64,000 nucleotides of DNA, taken from contig JBKAGP010000001.1 of NCBI GenBank assembly GCA_046290465.1, forward strand, positions 4,832,001-4,896,000, read 5' to 3'. Position numbers and translations under genes: made by a program. This stretch comes from Planctomycetota bacterium (lineage in GTDB: Bacteria; Planctomycetota; UBA1135; UBA2386). This document shows, piece by piece, positions 1-9,664 of this stretch. The notes under the pieces are model-generated. The model made no database searches, was not told where the DNA came from, and worked only from the letters and a program-made list of their open reading frames with translations. Position 1 is the stretch's first letter; each line of letters begins with the position of its first letter.

Positions 1-404
1 TCGGCGCGGCTGCTGTCGCCGCCGGCGCGTTCCTCGATGACGCGCTCGAGCGCGCTGACCATGAACGTCACGCCGCACGCCTTGATCGGCTGCAGGTCGA
101 CCGGAGCGAGCAAGCGCGGCGCGTCGTCGTCGCGTGGCTGCGCGACGGTGGCCGCCATCAGCTCTTCGAACGAGCCGACTCGCGACAGCGATGCGGTGCC
201 GTTCTGGCGCCAGGCCGTGCCGTTGGCAAACAGCTCCGACGTGGTCGCCGCGATCGGCGACAGGTCGAACACGCCGTCCTCGCGGATCCAGACCGGGCTC
301 GGGCCGGGCTCCGATCCGGTCAGCGTCGCCGGCAGCCACGCGCGGCCGACCAGCGTTCCGGCGAAGCCGTCGTCGGGGAGGAAGGCGCGCAGGTCGTCGT
401 GCAT
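1..404 (-). CDS. Fumarylacetoacetate hydrolase (FAH) family protein, 5' part; runs off the window edge
   Basis: Absent from the ORF track (no stop in window). Manual translation from ATG at 404 gives MHDDLRAFLPDDGFAGTLVGRAWLP...LLAPVDLQPIKACGVTFMVSALERVIEERAGGD, a motif I recognise from FAH-family proteins. Confidence 0.8.
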   Translation of the reverse strand, partial: MHDDLRAFLPDDGFAGTLVGRAWLPATLTGSEPGPSPVWIREDGVFDLSPIAATTSELFANGTAWRQNGTASLSRVGSFEELMAATVAQPRDDDAPRLLAPVDLQPIKACGVTFMVSALERVIEERAGGDSSRA

Positions 405-462
405 GCGCGCACTGGAGCGGCGCCGGTGCGCAGCGGCAAGCGCGCGTTGCGAACCGGCCCGC

Positions 463-939
463 TCAGCGAGCGCCGCGCATCGTGAACACCAGGCTGCCGC
501 CGGTGCCGCCCTCCGGCCGCGCCGAGCGCGCCGAGACGAACTGCCAGTCCGCCGGCAGCTGCACGACCTGTCGCATCGAACGGCGCAGCCGCGCGTCGGG
601 GCCTTCGCCGTCGCTCTCGGGGTCGAGGTCGCGGTAGCTCGCGTCGCAACCGTCGTTGGCGAGCGAGCGGCGCAGCGATTCGCACAGGCTGCGGATCGTG
701 CCGCCCCGGTCGATCTGTCCGTTGGCTTCGTGTTCGGTGCCGTCGGGAGCGCGCGTCACGACCAGCACGCGGACCGCGTAGGGCATCGTGACCGTTGGAT
801 CGCTGAAGGACAGCTCCAGCGTGCGCAGCGTCGGCCGCGACGAGAACAGCGAGCAGCCGGAGCACAGGGAGGCGAGCGCGCCGGCCCACAACAGCGAGCG
901 CAGGGCACGGAACGTCGAAGGGCCGGGGAGTCGGGTCAT
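463..939 (-). CDS. Hypothetical lipoprotein
   Basis: 158 aa; hydrophobic N-terminus ending in the lipobox-like LCSGC. Confidence 0.6.
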   Translation of the reverse strand: MTRLPGPSTFRALRSLLWAGALASLCSGCSLFSSRPTLRTLELSFSDPTVTMPYAVRVLVVTRAPDGTEHEANGQIDRGGTIRSLCESLRRSLANDGCDASYRDLDPESDGEGPDARLRRSMRQVVQLPADWQFVSARSARPEGGTGGSLVFTMRGAR

Positions 940-1025
940 GGTCTCGGCAGATCAGGGTCTCGGCAGATCAGGGTCTCGGTCTCGGCAGGTCAGGGTCTCG
1001 GCAGATCAGGGTCTCAGAAGATCAG
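940..1025. repeat. Tandem repeat of the 16-bp unit GGTCTCGGCAGATCAG, about 5 copies
   Basis: Units start at 940, 956, 978, 994 and 1010, with a 6-bp partial at 972. The last unit overlaps the stop codon of the LpxR-like gene. Confidence 0.9.
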
Positions 1026-1994
1026 GTCCAGCTGGATCGAGGTGAAGTGGGTCGGGTCGCCGACCGGCGACGGTGAGTCGAACTCGGGCGAACGGAACGT
1101 CTCGACGATGCTCAGCCGGATCCGCGGCGTCGGCTCCCACACCAGCCCGACGCGGAAGTCGCTGACGAATACGTTGCGGTCGACGCTCGGTCCGCTGCGC
1201 CAGGTGTTGCCGTCGAGGAAGATGTTGCGCAGCACCACGCGACCTTCGATGCCGGCCTCGAGGTGCACGCGCTGCGGCGCGTCGCCCACCGGGCGCAGCG
1301 CGGCGCCGAAGTGTCGCGGCAGGTTGCAGCCGACGCGCAGCGTCGTGCCGAGGCGGCCGCTGGTCTCGACGTTGCCGAGCCGGCCGCCGATCAGGCCGAT
1401 CAGGTCGGTCGAGAACGGGCCGAGGTAGTGTTCGTGGTACCACGTCCGGAAGCGCCGTTCGTAGCCGAGCACGAAGCCGGGTTCGTCACGCAGCTGGTTG
1501 GACCAGCCGCTCGGTCGCGGCGCGTCGACCATCTCGTGGATCTGGATCTGCAGGTCGTCGGCGAGCGAACTCGGGCCGACGACCCCGAGCTCGAGTTCCC
1601 ACGTGTCGAGGTGGTCGCGGCGGTCGGCGTTGAGCGTCAGCGCCGCATTGCGGTAGCTCAGGTGCAGCCAGCCGGCATACGGTCGGTCCTCCGGGTCGGG
1701 GATCGCCAGCGTGATGTCCTCGGGCGTGTACATGTCCTGCCCGATCGCCAGTTCGTGGGTCGCCGCGTCCGGCGTGCCGCGGAACGGCAGCCAGCTGAGC
1801 GTGTCCGGCTCGGCGGCGAAGGCGGCCGAGAGCTCGAACGCGTTGGTGAAGAACCGGTCGGTGTCGCTGGCCCACGAGTCGTTCTGCCATGGCGTGCGGG
1901 CGCGCACGCCCGGCACGGTGAAGCGGCCGACGGTCTCCTGGGCGCCGATCGAGGTGGCCAGCAGAGCGACGAGGATGGGGGCCGTTCCCTTCAT
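1014..1994 (-). CDS. Lipid A 3-O-deacylase LpxR family (DUF2219) outer-membrane protein
   Basis: Signal peptide MKGTAP...; motifs ND...DRFFTN, IGQDMYTP, DRPYAGWL, GVVGPSS, GWSNQL, RNIFLDGN; C-terminal Phe. Start moved to ATG 1994. Confidence 0.85.
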   Translation of the reverse strand: MKGTAPILVALLATSIGAQETVGRFTVPGVRARTPWQNDSWASDTDRFFTNAFELSAAFAAEPDTLSWLPFRGTPDAATHELAIGQDMYTPEDITLAIPDPEDRPYAGWLHLSYRNAALTLNADRRDHLDTWELELGVVGPSSLADDLQIQIHEMVDAPRPSGWSNQLRDEPGFVLGYERRFRTWYHEHYLGPFSTDLIGLIGGRLGNVETSGRLGTTLRVGCNLPRHFGAALRPVGDAPQRVHLEAGIEGRVVLRNIFLDGNTWRSGPSVDRNVFVSDFRVGLVWEPTPRIRLSIVETFRSPEFDSPSPVGDPTHFTSIQLDLIF

Positions 1995-2051
1995 TCGCGG
2001 TGCAGGGTAGCGGTGGCGGCCGGCCGTGCCCACGGCGATCTGCGTGGCCGA

Positions 2052-2741
2052 TCAGAGCAGCCGGATCGCCAGCTGGATCAACCCGTTGGTCCCGACCACG
2101 AACACGGCGAGCGCCGCGAGCACGCGCAGCAGCAGCCACCGCGCGCGGCCGCGATAGGCGAACCAGAGCGTGCAGCCGGTGTAGAGCACGGCGGCGATGC
2201 CGTCGGCGATCGTGATGGCGGGGCCCCACGCCGACGGCAGCACCAGGCCGAGCAGCGCCAGCGGCGCACGCCACAAGAAGATGTGACCCGCTGCCAACAG
2301 CATCACGAACAGCATCTGCAGCCAGGTGCGGCGGCCGCCGAGGAACGGCAGCCACATGCCCGTCACCAGGATCGGCATCATCGCGAGGTTGAGCCAGTTG
2401 CCGTGGCGCAGGATCGGCGGGATCTCGCCGGCGTTGCGGAGTCCGAAGTTGATCGCCGCCCACCACAGGCCGCACGTCAGGATCGCGTAGCGCACCGGAT
2501 GCACGTAGCGGGCCCGCTGGCCTTCGAGGTAGTCGCGCGCGACCTTGCCCGGGTGCACCGTCAGGCCGCGCACCGTCCGCCACATGGCACCTTCGACGCT
2601 GAACAGCGCCTGGGCGGCGTCGACGAGTGCCGTCGTCAGCCGCAGCTCGAGCCGGCCGTTGTCCTGGCCGCACCGCGGGCAGTAGCGACCGGCCTGCGGC
2701 GTGCCGCAGTTGGGGCAGGTGGTCGGCGCGGCGTCGGGCAC
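2052..2741 (-). CDS. DUF3667-like zinc-ribbon membrane protein
   Basis: N-terminal CPNCG...YCPRCGQ, then PGKVARDYLEGQRARYVHPVR and several hydrophobic helices. Confidence 0.75.
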   Translation of the reverse strand: MPDAAPTTCPNCGTPQAGRYCPRCGQDNGRLELRLTTALVDAAQALFSVEGAMWRTVRGLTVHPGKVARDYLEGQRARYVHPVRYAILTCGLWWAAINFGLRNAGEIPPILRHGNWLNLAMMPILVTGMWLPFLGGRRTWLQMLFVMLLAAGHIFLWRAPLALLGLVLPSAWGPAITIADGIAAVLYTGCTLWFAYRGRARWLLLRVLAALAVFVVGTNGLIQLAIRLL

Positions 2742-2817
2742 GCGGCCACGTTAGCCAATCCGAACCGTGCGAAGAATCGCGTAACGCGACGCCCGCCGGT
2801 CCGCTGGCTCAGGTGGC

Positions 2818-4464
2818 ATGACCCAATCCCTCATCCGGACGACCTCCCTGCTCGCGCTGCTCGCCGCGCCCGCCTTTGCCCAGGACCAGTTGGTCAAGCA
2901 GGCGCTGAAGAAGATCGAACGCGTCGAACAGGCGCTCGCGACGCTGCCGGCCGGCGATGTAAAGGCGGCCAACCGCCTGCTCGGCGACCTCAAGTGGGCC
3001 AACAAGCGGCTTAAGGGTGCCTACAAGAAGACGACCAGCCACTGGCAGGACGCCAACCGCCGGCTGCAGGCCGCCGACCAGGCAGTGCGGGCGCGCGCCG
3101 CGGCGTCGGGGCCGCCTTCCTCCGGCAAGCCGCCGGCGTCCGGCCAACCCACCGGCAAGCAGCCGGCCAGCAAGCAGCCCACCGGTAAGCAGCCAACCGG
3201 TAGCCAACCCACCGGTAGCCAACCCACCGGCAACCAACCCACCGGCAACCAACCGGCGACCGAAGGCCCGGTGATCGGCGCCGACTTCGAGAAGCTCCAG
3301 CAGCTCGACAAGGAGGTGCGCAACGGGTTCCACAACCTCGGGCTGCTCAACAAGTCGTTCATGGGCGACGCCTACCGCGTCGGCTCGATCCAGAAGGAAC
3401 TCACAGGCCTGCGCAAGCGGCTCGCGGCGTTCCCGGCCGGCGACAAGAACGTCAAGATCGTCGCTGCCAACCTGCAGCGCTTCGAAGACCAGTTCACGCG
3501 CTGGCGCGAGGAATACGCCGCCGACCAGGCTGCGGCCGGCGACCTCGGCGCGCAGCTCGAGGCGATCGCCAAGAAGTACGCACACGACCAGCTCCCCGGC
3601 GCGCTGCACTGGCCGTACGAACGCGACAAGCTGACGCAGTGGGCGGCGCGCACGGCGCAGCTGCTCGCCGAGCTGCCGAAGGACGCCGAGATCGTCGGCC
3701 GCGCGCGCGGCAACGCGATGCTGCGCAAGCGCGCCAACAGCCTCTACCACCGCGTCAGTAGCGCACTGCCGCGCCGGCTCGGGGAGCACGTGCAGGCGGT
3801 GCGCTATGGCTGCGACCACGCGGCGAAGGACGCCAGCCGCGTCGCCCGGACGCTGGCCGAGACCGACCCCGCCGATCGCAACGCGGTGGCCAACCGGGTG
3901 CTGATGCCGGGCGCGCTCGAGCGTTCGCTGCGCATGCTGAACGACGGGCTCGAGGCCGTCGACCTCGCCGCGACGCTGGACCGGTCGTTCGCGCCGGAGC
4001 CGCCGGTCGATCGCAAGCAGCAGCGCGCCGAGATCGAACGGTCGATCGCCACGCTGCGGGCGCTGGCGAAGGCTTCGCTGGCGGAAGTGCGCATGCCGGC
4101 GCAGGTCGGGCTACCGGCCGAGAAGGTCGCCGAACTGACCGCGATCGCCGAGAAGGTGTTGGCGCGTGACAAGTACGGCGTGCACCCGATCCAGCGCCTG
4201 ATCGTGACCTCCAAGCCGCAGCGCAAGGAGAAGACCGAGGGATCGATCACCGGCACGGTCACCGGCGCGCGCGTCACCACCTACCACTACGTCTGGGACG
4301 AATACCGCGTCGTCACGGCGGAGAAGGTCGGCGACGAGACCTGGATCTTCCACAACACGCTGAAGTTCTACCACTCGTCCGACTCGGTCACGCCGCAGGA
4401 CGTCTGGATCCTGAGCCGGCGCTTCCAGGGCACGCAGATCCTGGCGGACAACGTTGCCAAGTAG
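2818..4464 (+). CDS. Secreted hypothetical protein with a pentapeptide-repeat linker
   Basis: 548 aa; signal peptide ending AFA-Q; helical content; host-like codon usage. Confidence 0.75.
   Translation: MTQSLIRTTSLLALLAAPAFAQDQLVKQALKKIERVEQALATLPAGDVKAANRLLGDLKWANKRLKGAYKKTTSHWQDANRRLQAADQAVRARAAASGPPSSGKPPASGQPTGKQPASKQPTGKQPTGSQPTGSQPTGNQPTGNQPATEGPVIGADFEKLQQLDKEVRNGFHNLGLLNKSFMGDAYRVGSIQKELTGLRKRLAAFPAGDKNVKIVAANLQRFEDQFTRWREEYAADQAAAGDLGAQLEAIAKKYAHDQLPGALHWPYERDKLTQWAARTAQLLAELPKDAEIVGRARGNAMLRKRANSLYHRVSSALPRRLGEHVQAVRYGCDHAAKDASRVARTLAETDPADRNAVANRVLMPGALERSLRMLNDGLEAVDLAATLDRSFAPEPPVDRKQQRAEIERSIATLRALAKASLAEVRMPAQVGLPAEKVAELTAIAEKVLARDKYGVHPIQRLIVTSKPQRKEKTEGSITGTVTGARVTTYHYVWDEYRVVTAEKVGDETWIFHNTLKFYHSSDSVTPQDVWILSRRFQGTQILADNVAK
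3124..3258 (+). repeat. In-frame 15-bp tandem repeat encoding (G/S)(K/S/N)QP(T/A), about 9 copies
   Basis: Units such as ggtagccaacccacc and ggcaaccaacccacc are directly visible. Confidence 0.85.
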
Positions 4465-4494
4465 CGTCGCCGATAGCGTCGCCAGGGTGGCGCG

Positions 4495-5310
4495 CTAACG
4501 TCCGCGTGGCGGTGCTGGGAACGTGCGCCGTAGCGCGCGCGGCGCCGACGCGCGGTAGATCGTGTCGTGGAACTGCTCTGGCATCGGCTGGTAGTGCCAC
4601 CAGCTGGTGTCGGTGTCGGCGGCGGCCAAGGCGGCGACCAGCCGCTGCGTCGCGGCGATGATGCCCGGCTCGTTGGCGGTCGTCAGGTAGAGCGTGCCGG
4701 CGTCCTCGCCGCGTTGGCCGAGCAATTCGGGCGCGCGCGCGACCAGCTGCGCGTCGTTCCACCACAGGCTCGGACTGAACGCGATGCAGTGGTCGAACAG
4801 CTCCGGCTGCTCGAGGAACGTCTCGACGACGAACAGGCCGGCCAGCGATTCGCCGACCAACGCGGTGACGCCACCGGTGCGGTAGCGTCGCTCGACCTCC
4901 GGCATCAGCTCGTCGCGCAGGAACGTGCGGAACGCGGCGGCACCGCCGGCGCGCGGCGCGATCTCGCGATCCTTTGGAACGTCGGTCGGGCCGGTCAGGT
5001 CGCGGCGCCGGTCGGTGTTCTCGATCCCGACGACGATCACCGGCTGCATCGTGCCCCACAGCTCGCCGGCGGCGACCGCGTCGACGACGTGCGGCAGGTC
5101 CTCGCCGATGCCACCGTCCGGCATGTAGAGCACCGGCAGTCGGGCGTCCGGGGCGTCGTAGCCGCGCGGCAGGTAGACGAACACGCGCCGCTGTTCTGCG
5201 AGCGCGGCGGACCGCAGGGTCCAGGACTGCACGCGCTCGAAGCAGGGCGGCGCATGGGTCGGGGTCGCACAGGCCGGCAGCAGCAGCAGGAGCGGCAGGA
5301 GGGAGCGCAT
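4495..5310 (-). CDS. Alpha/beta hydrolase (putative esterase, IroE/BesA-like), lipoprotein
   Basis: YLP..Y, LPVLYMPDG, RRRDLT, nucleophile elbow GESLAG, SPSLWW; lipobox LPAC. Confidence 0.85.
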   Translation of the reverse strand: MRSLLPLLLLLPACATPTHAPPCFERVQSWTLRSAALAEQRRVFVYLPRGYDAPDARLPVLYMPDGGIGEDLPHVVDAVAAGELWGTMQPVIVVGIENTDRRRDLTGPTDVPKDREIAPRAGGAAAFRTFLRDELMPEVERRYRTGGVTALVGESLAGLFVVETFLEQPELFDHCIAFSPSLWWNDAQLVARAPELLGQRGEDAGTLYLTTANEPGIIAATQRLVAALAAADTDTSWWHYQPMPEQFHDTIYRASAPRALRRTFPAPPRGR

Positions 5311-5623
5311 GGCGTCGCACGCTAACGGGCGCGGCCGGTTCTCCGAGCGGCCGGGCGCAGCGGGTGCCTCGTGGGGGCGGCGTCAGGTCGGCAGTTCTTC
5401 CTGGCAAACGTCGCGAGAAGGTAACTCGGGCAAGGAACGCAGACGCCCCGTGGTTCTCCCTACATGGGTCCCCGTCGCCGGGCGGCAGCGCTGCTGCGCC
5501 GTTGGCTCGCGGCCGGGGAAGGAGCCTGGAGAGCGTCGGCCGGATCGAAGGTGCGAGGACACCGGGTCCGGCCGGCGGGACGCGTTCGTTGCCGCGACCG
5601 CGCGGCGCGGATAAGCAGCGCAC

Positions 5624-6439
5624 ATGCAATCCGTATCGAAGGGGCCCGCGCTGCGCGAGGTCGAGCCCGACGACGACACCCGCGTGCGCGCGGTGCTCGC
5701 CGAGCAGCGGGCGATGCTCGACGTCGTGCGCGGCAACCGCGTCTGGGACTGGCTCGGCGGCATGCCGTCGGGCTTCGGCCATCCCAAGGCGGGGCTCTAC
5801 GGCATCTACCTGGCCGTCGCGTTCGTCGTGATGGCGGCGATCGCGCTGGTCGTCGCCGGCTTCGACCGCGGGGTCTGGCTCGCGACGTTCGTCGGCCTCG
5901 CGCTCGTGTGCCTGCTCGTGCGGGCCGTGGTCGAGGGGTCGGCCGAGCGGCGGACCAAGGCCTTCTACGGCCGCGCGGTGCAGATGCCGGCGGTCGTCCT
6001 GCACGCGCAGGAGCCGGACGACGACGGCGACGACGACGAACCGGCGACGCCGGTCGCGCTGCTGGTCGGCACCGACGTGAGCTCGGCCGACGACCTGGCC
6101 GCGCTGCTCGAGGCTGGTGCACGGTTGCGCGCGGGCATCGAAGATCCCGATGCCTGCGAGCCGGCGCTCGTCGAGCTCGCGCGCACGATCCGCGACGGCC
6201 GCGAGTGCGACGGCAGCCGCATGGCCGCGCCCGAGGCGCTCGGCAAGGCGATGGACGTCGCGTTCGTGGCGGTGTTCGAGGACTGGTTGCCCGAACGCGA
6301 ACTCGACTCACGGCTGGTGTTCGTGCTCGCCGATCCGGACCGTCGCGACGCGCGCCATACCCGCGTCGCGCACCACGCGGCCTGGGGGCCCGGTGCCGTC
6401 AACCTCTGCGCGCGACTGCCGCTGGAGGTCGAGGCATGA
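5624..6439 (+). CDS. Hypothetical membrane protein
   Basis: 271 aa with two TM helices; ATGA overlap with the next gene. Confidence 0.65.
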   Translation: MQSVSKGPALREVEPDDDTRVRAVLAEQRAMLDVVRGNRVWDWLGGMPSGFGHPKAGLYGIYLAVAFVVMAAIALVVAGFDRGVWLATFVGLALVCLLVRAVVEGSAERRTKAFYGRAVQMPAVVLHAQEPDDDGDDDEPATPVALLVGTDVSSADDLAALLEAGARLRAGIEDPDACEPALVELARTIRDGRECDGSRMAAPEALGKAMDVAFVAVFEDWLPERELDSRLVFVLADPDRRDARHTRVAHHAAWGPGAVNLCARLPLEVEA

Positions 6440-7164
6440 ACCTCTCCGCGATCCGTCAGAACCTGACGCGGCTCGAGAAGATGGACGAACTCGAGAAGCT
6501 GCTCGCCGATGCCGACGAGGGGCTGCCGTGGAACGACTTCGTCTGGATGCTGCAGTTCCCCGCGTTCGTCGGCGCGGCGATCCAGATCACGGTCATGGGC
6601 ATGAACGCCAGGCCGGAGGACGATATGCCGCCCGGCGAGGACATGGCGTGGATGCTGCTGCTGGTGCTGCTCGGACTGGGGTTCCGCTTCTTGCACCCCC
6701 TGTTCCGCAGCCGCGTGCAGTCGCTGTGTCGCCGCCTGCGCCGCAACGGCGTGGTCGTGCCGGCGCGGCACGTCCAGGCCAGCCCGATGTGGGGGCAGCT
6801 CGACTGGGTGTGGGGCATCGTGGTCCATTCGCACGATCCGGCCGTGCTGCAGGACCCCGACAAGCTGAGCGCGACCGCCAAGGACCTGTTCGAACTCAAG
6901 TGGCAGGACCGGGGCGCGATGCCCGAGGCCCACGCGGAGCTGGCGTGGATGCTCTACCACGAGATCGCGCCGGTTCGTTCGCTGCCGGTGCCCGCCGAGC
7001 TCTGCCACGGCCTGCAGGACTGCTGGATCGCGACCGTGATGTTGCCAGCCGATCCGCTGCGCAGCGGAGATCTGCTGCTGGCGCTGACGCTGCCATCGCA
7101 GAGCGAGGCGGTCCGGCGGGATCCCAACGCGATCGCCGTGCTGCCTGACGCGGTGCTCGACTGA
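6436..7164 (+). CDS. Hypothetical membrane protein
   Basis: Likely start MNLSAIRQ at ATG 6436 (ATGA overlap) inside the 5464..7164 ORF; two TM helices. Confidence 0.65.
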   Translation: MNLSAIRQNLTRLEKMDELEKLLADADEGLPWNDFVWMLQFPAFVGAAIQITVMGMNARPEDDMPPGEDMAWMLLLVLLGLGFRFLHPLFRSRVQSLCRRLRRNGVVVPARHVQASPMWGQLDWVWGIVVHSHDPAVLQDPDKLSATAKDLFELKWQDRGAMPEAHAELAWMLYHEIAPVRSLPVPAELCHGLQDCWIATVMLPADPLRSGDLLLALTLPSQSEAVRRDPNAIAVLPDAVLD

Positions 7165-7214
7165 CGCGAGACATGCGGCGGCGCGCGGCTACACTCCCCA
7201 ACCCCCTGGAGGTC

Positions 7215-8222
7215 ATGCCCGTGCGTCTGCCAACCGTCGTTTCGTTCCTGATCCTGTCCGTCACGTTCGGCTGCGCGTCGGCGCCGACGCCGCCCGAACT
7301 GACGTGGGCGATCGCGATCCACGGCGGCGCCGGCACCATGGATCCCGACGCCCCGCAGGAGCAGCTGCGCGCCTACGAGGACGCGATGACGCGGGCGTTG
7401 GTGCTCGGCAAGGACATGCTGGCCGAAGGCGCGTCTGCGCTCGACGTCTGCGAGTCGGTGGTGCGTTCGCTCGAGGACAACCCGCTGTTCAACGCCGGCA
7501 AGGGCGCGGTCTTCAACGAGCAGGGCGAACACGAACTCGACGCGTCGATCATGGACGGCGCCACGCTGCGCTGCGGTGCGGTCGCCGGCGTGCGCACCGT
7601 CAAGAACCCGATCTCGCTGGCGCGCAAGGTCATGACCGACACGCGCCACGTGCTGTTGGCCGGCGACGGCGCCGAGAAGTTCGCCGACGTGGCCGGCGTC
7701 GCGCGCGTCGACAACCGGCACTTCGACACCGAGCGGCGGCGGCGCGCGCTCGATCGTCTGCTGCAGGAGCGGCAGCGCACCGGCGCGCTGGTGCCGGCCG
7801 ATCGTCGCTACGACTACGGCACCGTCGGCTGCGTCGTGCTCGATCGCGAGGGGCGCCTCGCGGCAGCGACCAGCACCGGCGGCATGACGGCCAAGAAGTG
7901 GGGGCGGGTCGGCGACACGCCGGTCATCGGCGCCGGCAACTACGCCGACGGCTTCGCCGCGATCAGCTGCACGGGCACCGGCGAGGAGTTCATCCGGCAC
8001 GGGGTCGCGCGGTCGGTGACGGCGCGCATGGCGCTGGCCGGCGAGTCGCTCGCGCAGGCGGCCGGCGCGGTCATCCACGACGTGCTGAAGCCGGACGACG
8101 GGGGGCTGATCGCGGTCGATCGAGACGGCAACATCGCGACGCCGTTCAACTCGACCGGCATGTACCGCGGCATGGCCGACTCGCGCGGCTTGTTCCGCGT
8201 CGCGATCTTCCAGGACCGGTAG
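7215..8222 (+). CDS. iaaA: Isoaspartyl peptidase/L-asparaginase (Ntn hydrolase)
   Basis: IAIHGGAG, FNAGKG, ELDASIMDG, autocleavage G-TVGCV, ATSTGG, GRVGDTP, TGTGEEF; GGAGG RBS before ATG 7215; lipobox-like TFGC. Confidence 0.92.
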   Translation: MPVRLPTVVSFLILSVTFGCASAPTPPELTWAIAIHGGAGTMDPDAPQEQLRAYEDAMTRALVLGKDMLAEGASALDVCESVVRSLEDNPLFNAGKGAVFNEQGEHELDASIMDGATLRCGAVAGVRTVKNPISLARKVMTDTRHVLLAGDGAEKFADVAGVARVDNRHFDTERRRRALDRLLQERQRTGALVPADRRYDYGTVGCVVLDREGRLAAATSTGGMTAKKWGRVGDTPVIGAGNYADGFAAISCTGTGEEFIRHGVARSVTARMALAGESLAQAAGAVIHDVLKPDDGGLIAVDRDGNIATPFNSTGMYRGMADSRGLFRVAIFQDR

Positions 8223-8290
8223 CGGCGCCGTTCCCTTGCCGTCGCTGCCGATGGTCGGTGACCGCCGTGCGCGGCTAGACTAGCGGGGTC

Positions 8291-9664
8291 GTGAAGGGGC
8301 TCGTCTCCATCCTCGCCCTGCTGGCGGCGTTCGCGCTGGTCGCGACGCTGTCGTGGTGCCGCAGCGATCCCGGCGTCGTCGACGCCGGCGGCAGCGGACC
8401 CTCGTCGACGCCCGCGGCAGCACGTCAGGCCGCTCTGGCTTCGGAGCACGAGCGCTCCGCGCCGACCGAACGGGTCGACGTGCACGAGGCTGCGACCGCA
8501 TACCTCGATCCGGTCGCCGTCGTCGGGGCGGGGCCGCACGTGCTCGAGGTCGAGGTCGTCGACGCGCACGGCCGCGCGGCCGTCGGCGCCGAGGTGCTGT
8601 GGCACCAACGTCCGGACGGCGAGCCGGTGGCGACGACGCGGGTGGCGGTCGACGGCCAGAGCCGCGTCGAGGTGTCGCGCGGCCTGCTGTTCGCGCGGGC
8701 GCGGCACCCGGACGTCGGCACCAGCCTGATGCTGGCGCTGTCGACCGAGCATCCGCCGGCGCGCACGCCGAGGCTGGCGCTGTTGCGTCCGTGCCGGATC
8801 GAAGGGGCGCTGTTCGACGAACACGGGGAGCCGGTCGCGGGCGCCGCGGTCCAGCTCGACGGCCGGCTCGGGATCCCGTTCGGGCATGCGGGCGAGTGCG
8901 TGACGCGCTCGTGGGTCCGCTGCGACGCGCACGGCCGCTTCGCGTTCGAGGCGAGCTACGGCACGCACGGCTGGCTGCGGTTCGTCGATCCCGAGGACGC
9001 GGGGCGCAAGGTGGACGTGGCGTTCACGGCCGGCCGCCACCAGCGCGTGCGGCTGCGCCTCGCCACCGGCGGTGAGGTCGTCGGCAGCGCGCTGCCGGCG
9101 GTGCCGGAGCAGGCCCCGACGCCGGTGACGATCGGCGGCGACGTGCGCATCGAGGCGATCGCGCGCGCGGTGCCGGTCGAGCGGCTGCAGGTGTCGTGGC
9201 GGCATCCTCTCGATCGCCCGTACCTGCTGCGCGAGGTCGAACCGAGGCCGTCGCCGCTGCAGTTGGCGAAGGCCGACCTCGACACGTTCGTGTGCTTCTT
9301 GCGGGACCCGGTCAGCGGTTGGTCGAACGGCTTGCTGCCGGGCGAGCTGGCGCGATCCGACACGGTCGCACTGCTGCCGCCGGGGCCGTTCCGCGTGTTG
9401 GTCCACCACGACGGTCGTCCCGCGCGCGGGGTCGATGTCGTGCTGCACCCCGGCGGCCCGTCGCTGCGCGCGGCGGTCGGGGTCGACGGCAACGCATACT
9501 TCGCCAAGGTGCCGGCGGGCCCGGTGCTGATCCATCTGCTGCGCGGCGTCGAACTGCTCGGCGAGCACCGCGCGCGGGTCGGTCCGGACGAACTGGCGAG
9601 CGTCGGGTTGGTCGTCGAACTGGGCGTCGAGGCGGGCGTCGAACTGCGCGGGGAGCCGCGGTGA
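8291..9664 (+). CDS. Membrane-anchored protein with carboxypeptidase regulatory-like (prealbumin-fold) domains
   Basis: N-terminal TM helix; repeated VVDAHGRAAVGAEV / LFDEHGEPVAGAAV / CDAHGRF motifs. Confidence 0.65.
   Translation: MKGLVSILALLAAFALVATLSWCRSDPGVVDAGGSGPSSTPAAARQAALASEHERSAPTERVDVHEAATAYLDPVAVVGAGPHVLEVEVVDAHGRAAVGAEVLWHQRPDGEPVATTRVAVDGQSRVEVSRGLLFARARHPDVGTSLMLALSTEHPPARTPRLALLRPCRIEGALFDEHGEPVAGAAVQLDGRLGIPFGHAGECVTRSWVRCDAHGRFAFEASYGTHGWLRFVDPEDAGRKVDVAFTAGRHQRVRLRLATGGEVVGSALPAVPEQAPTPVTIGGDVRIEAIARAVPVERLQVSWRHPLDRPYLLREVEPRPSPLQLAKADLDTFVCFLRDPVSGWSNGLLPGELARSDTVALLPPGPFRVLVHHDGRPARGVDVVLHPGGPSLRAAVGVDGNAYFAKVPAGPVLIHLLRGVELLGEHRARVGPDELASVGLVVELGVEAGVELRGEPR

Noticed and set aside
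940..1025. 16-bp repeats as a mini-CRISPR
   Set aside because: The units are directly adjacent with no unique spacers.
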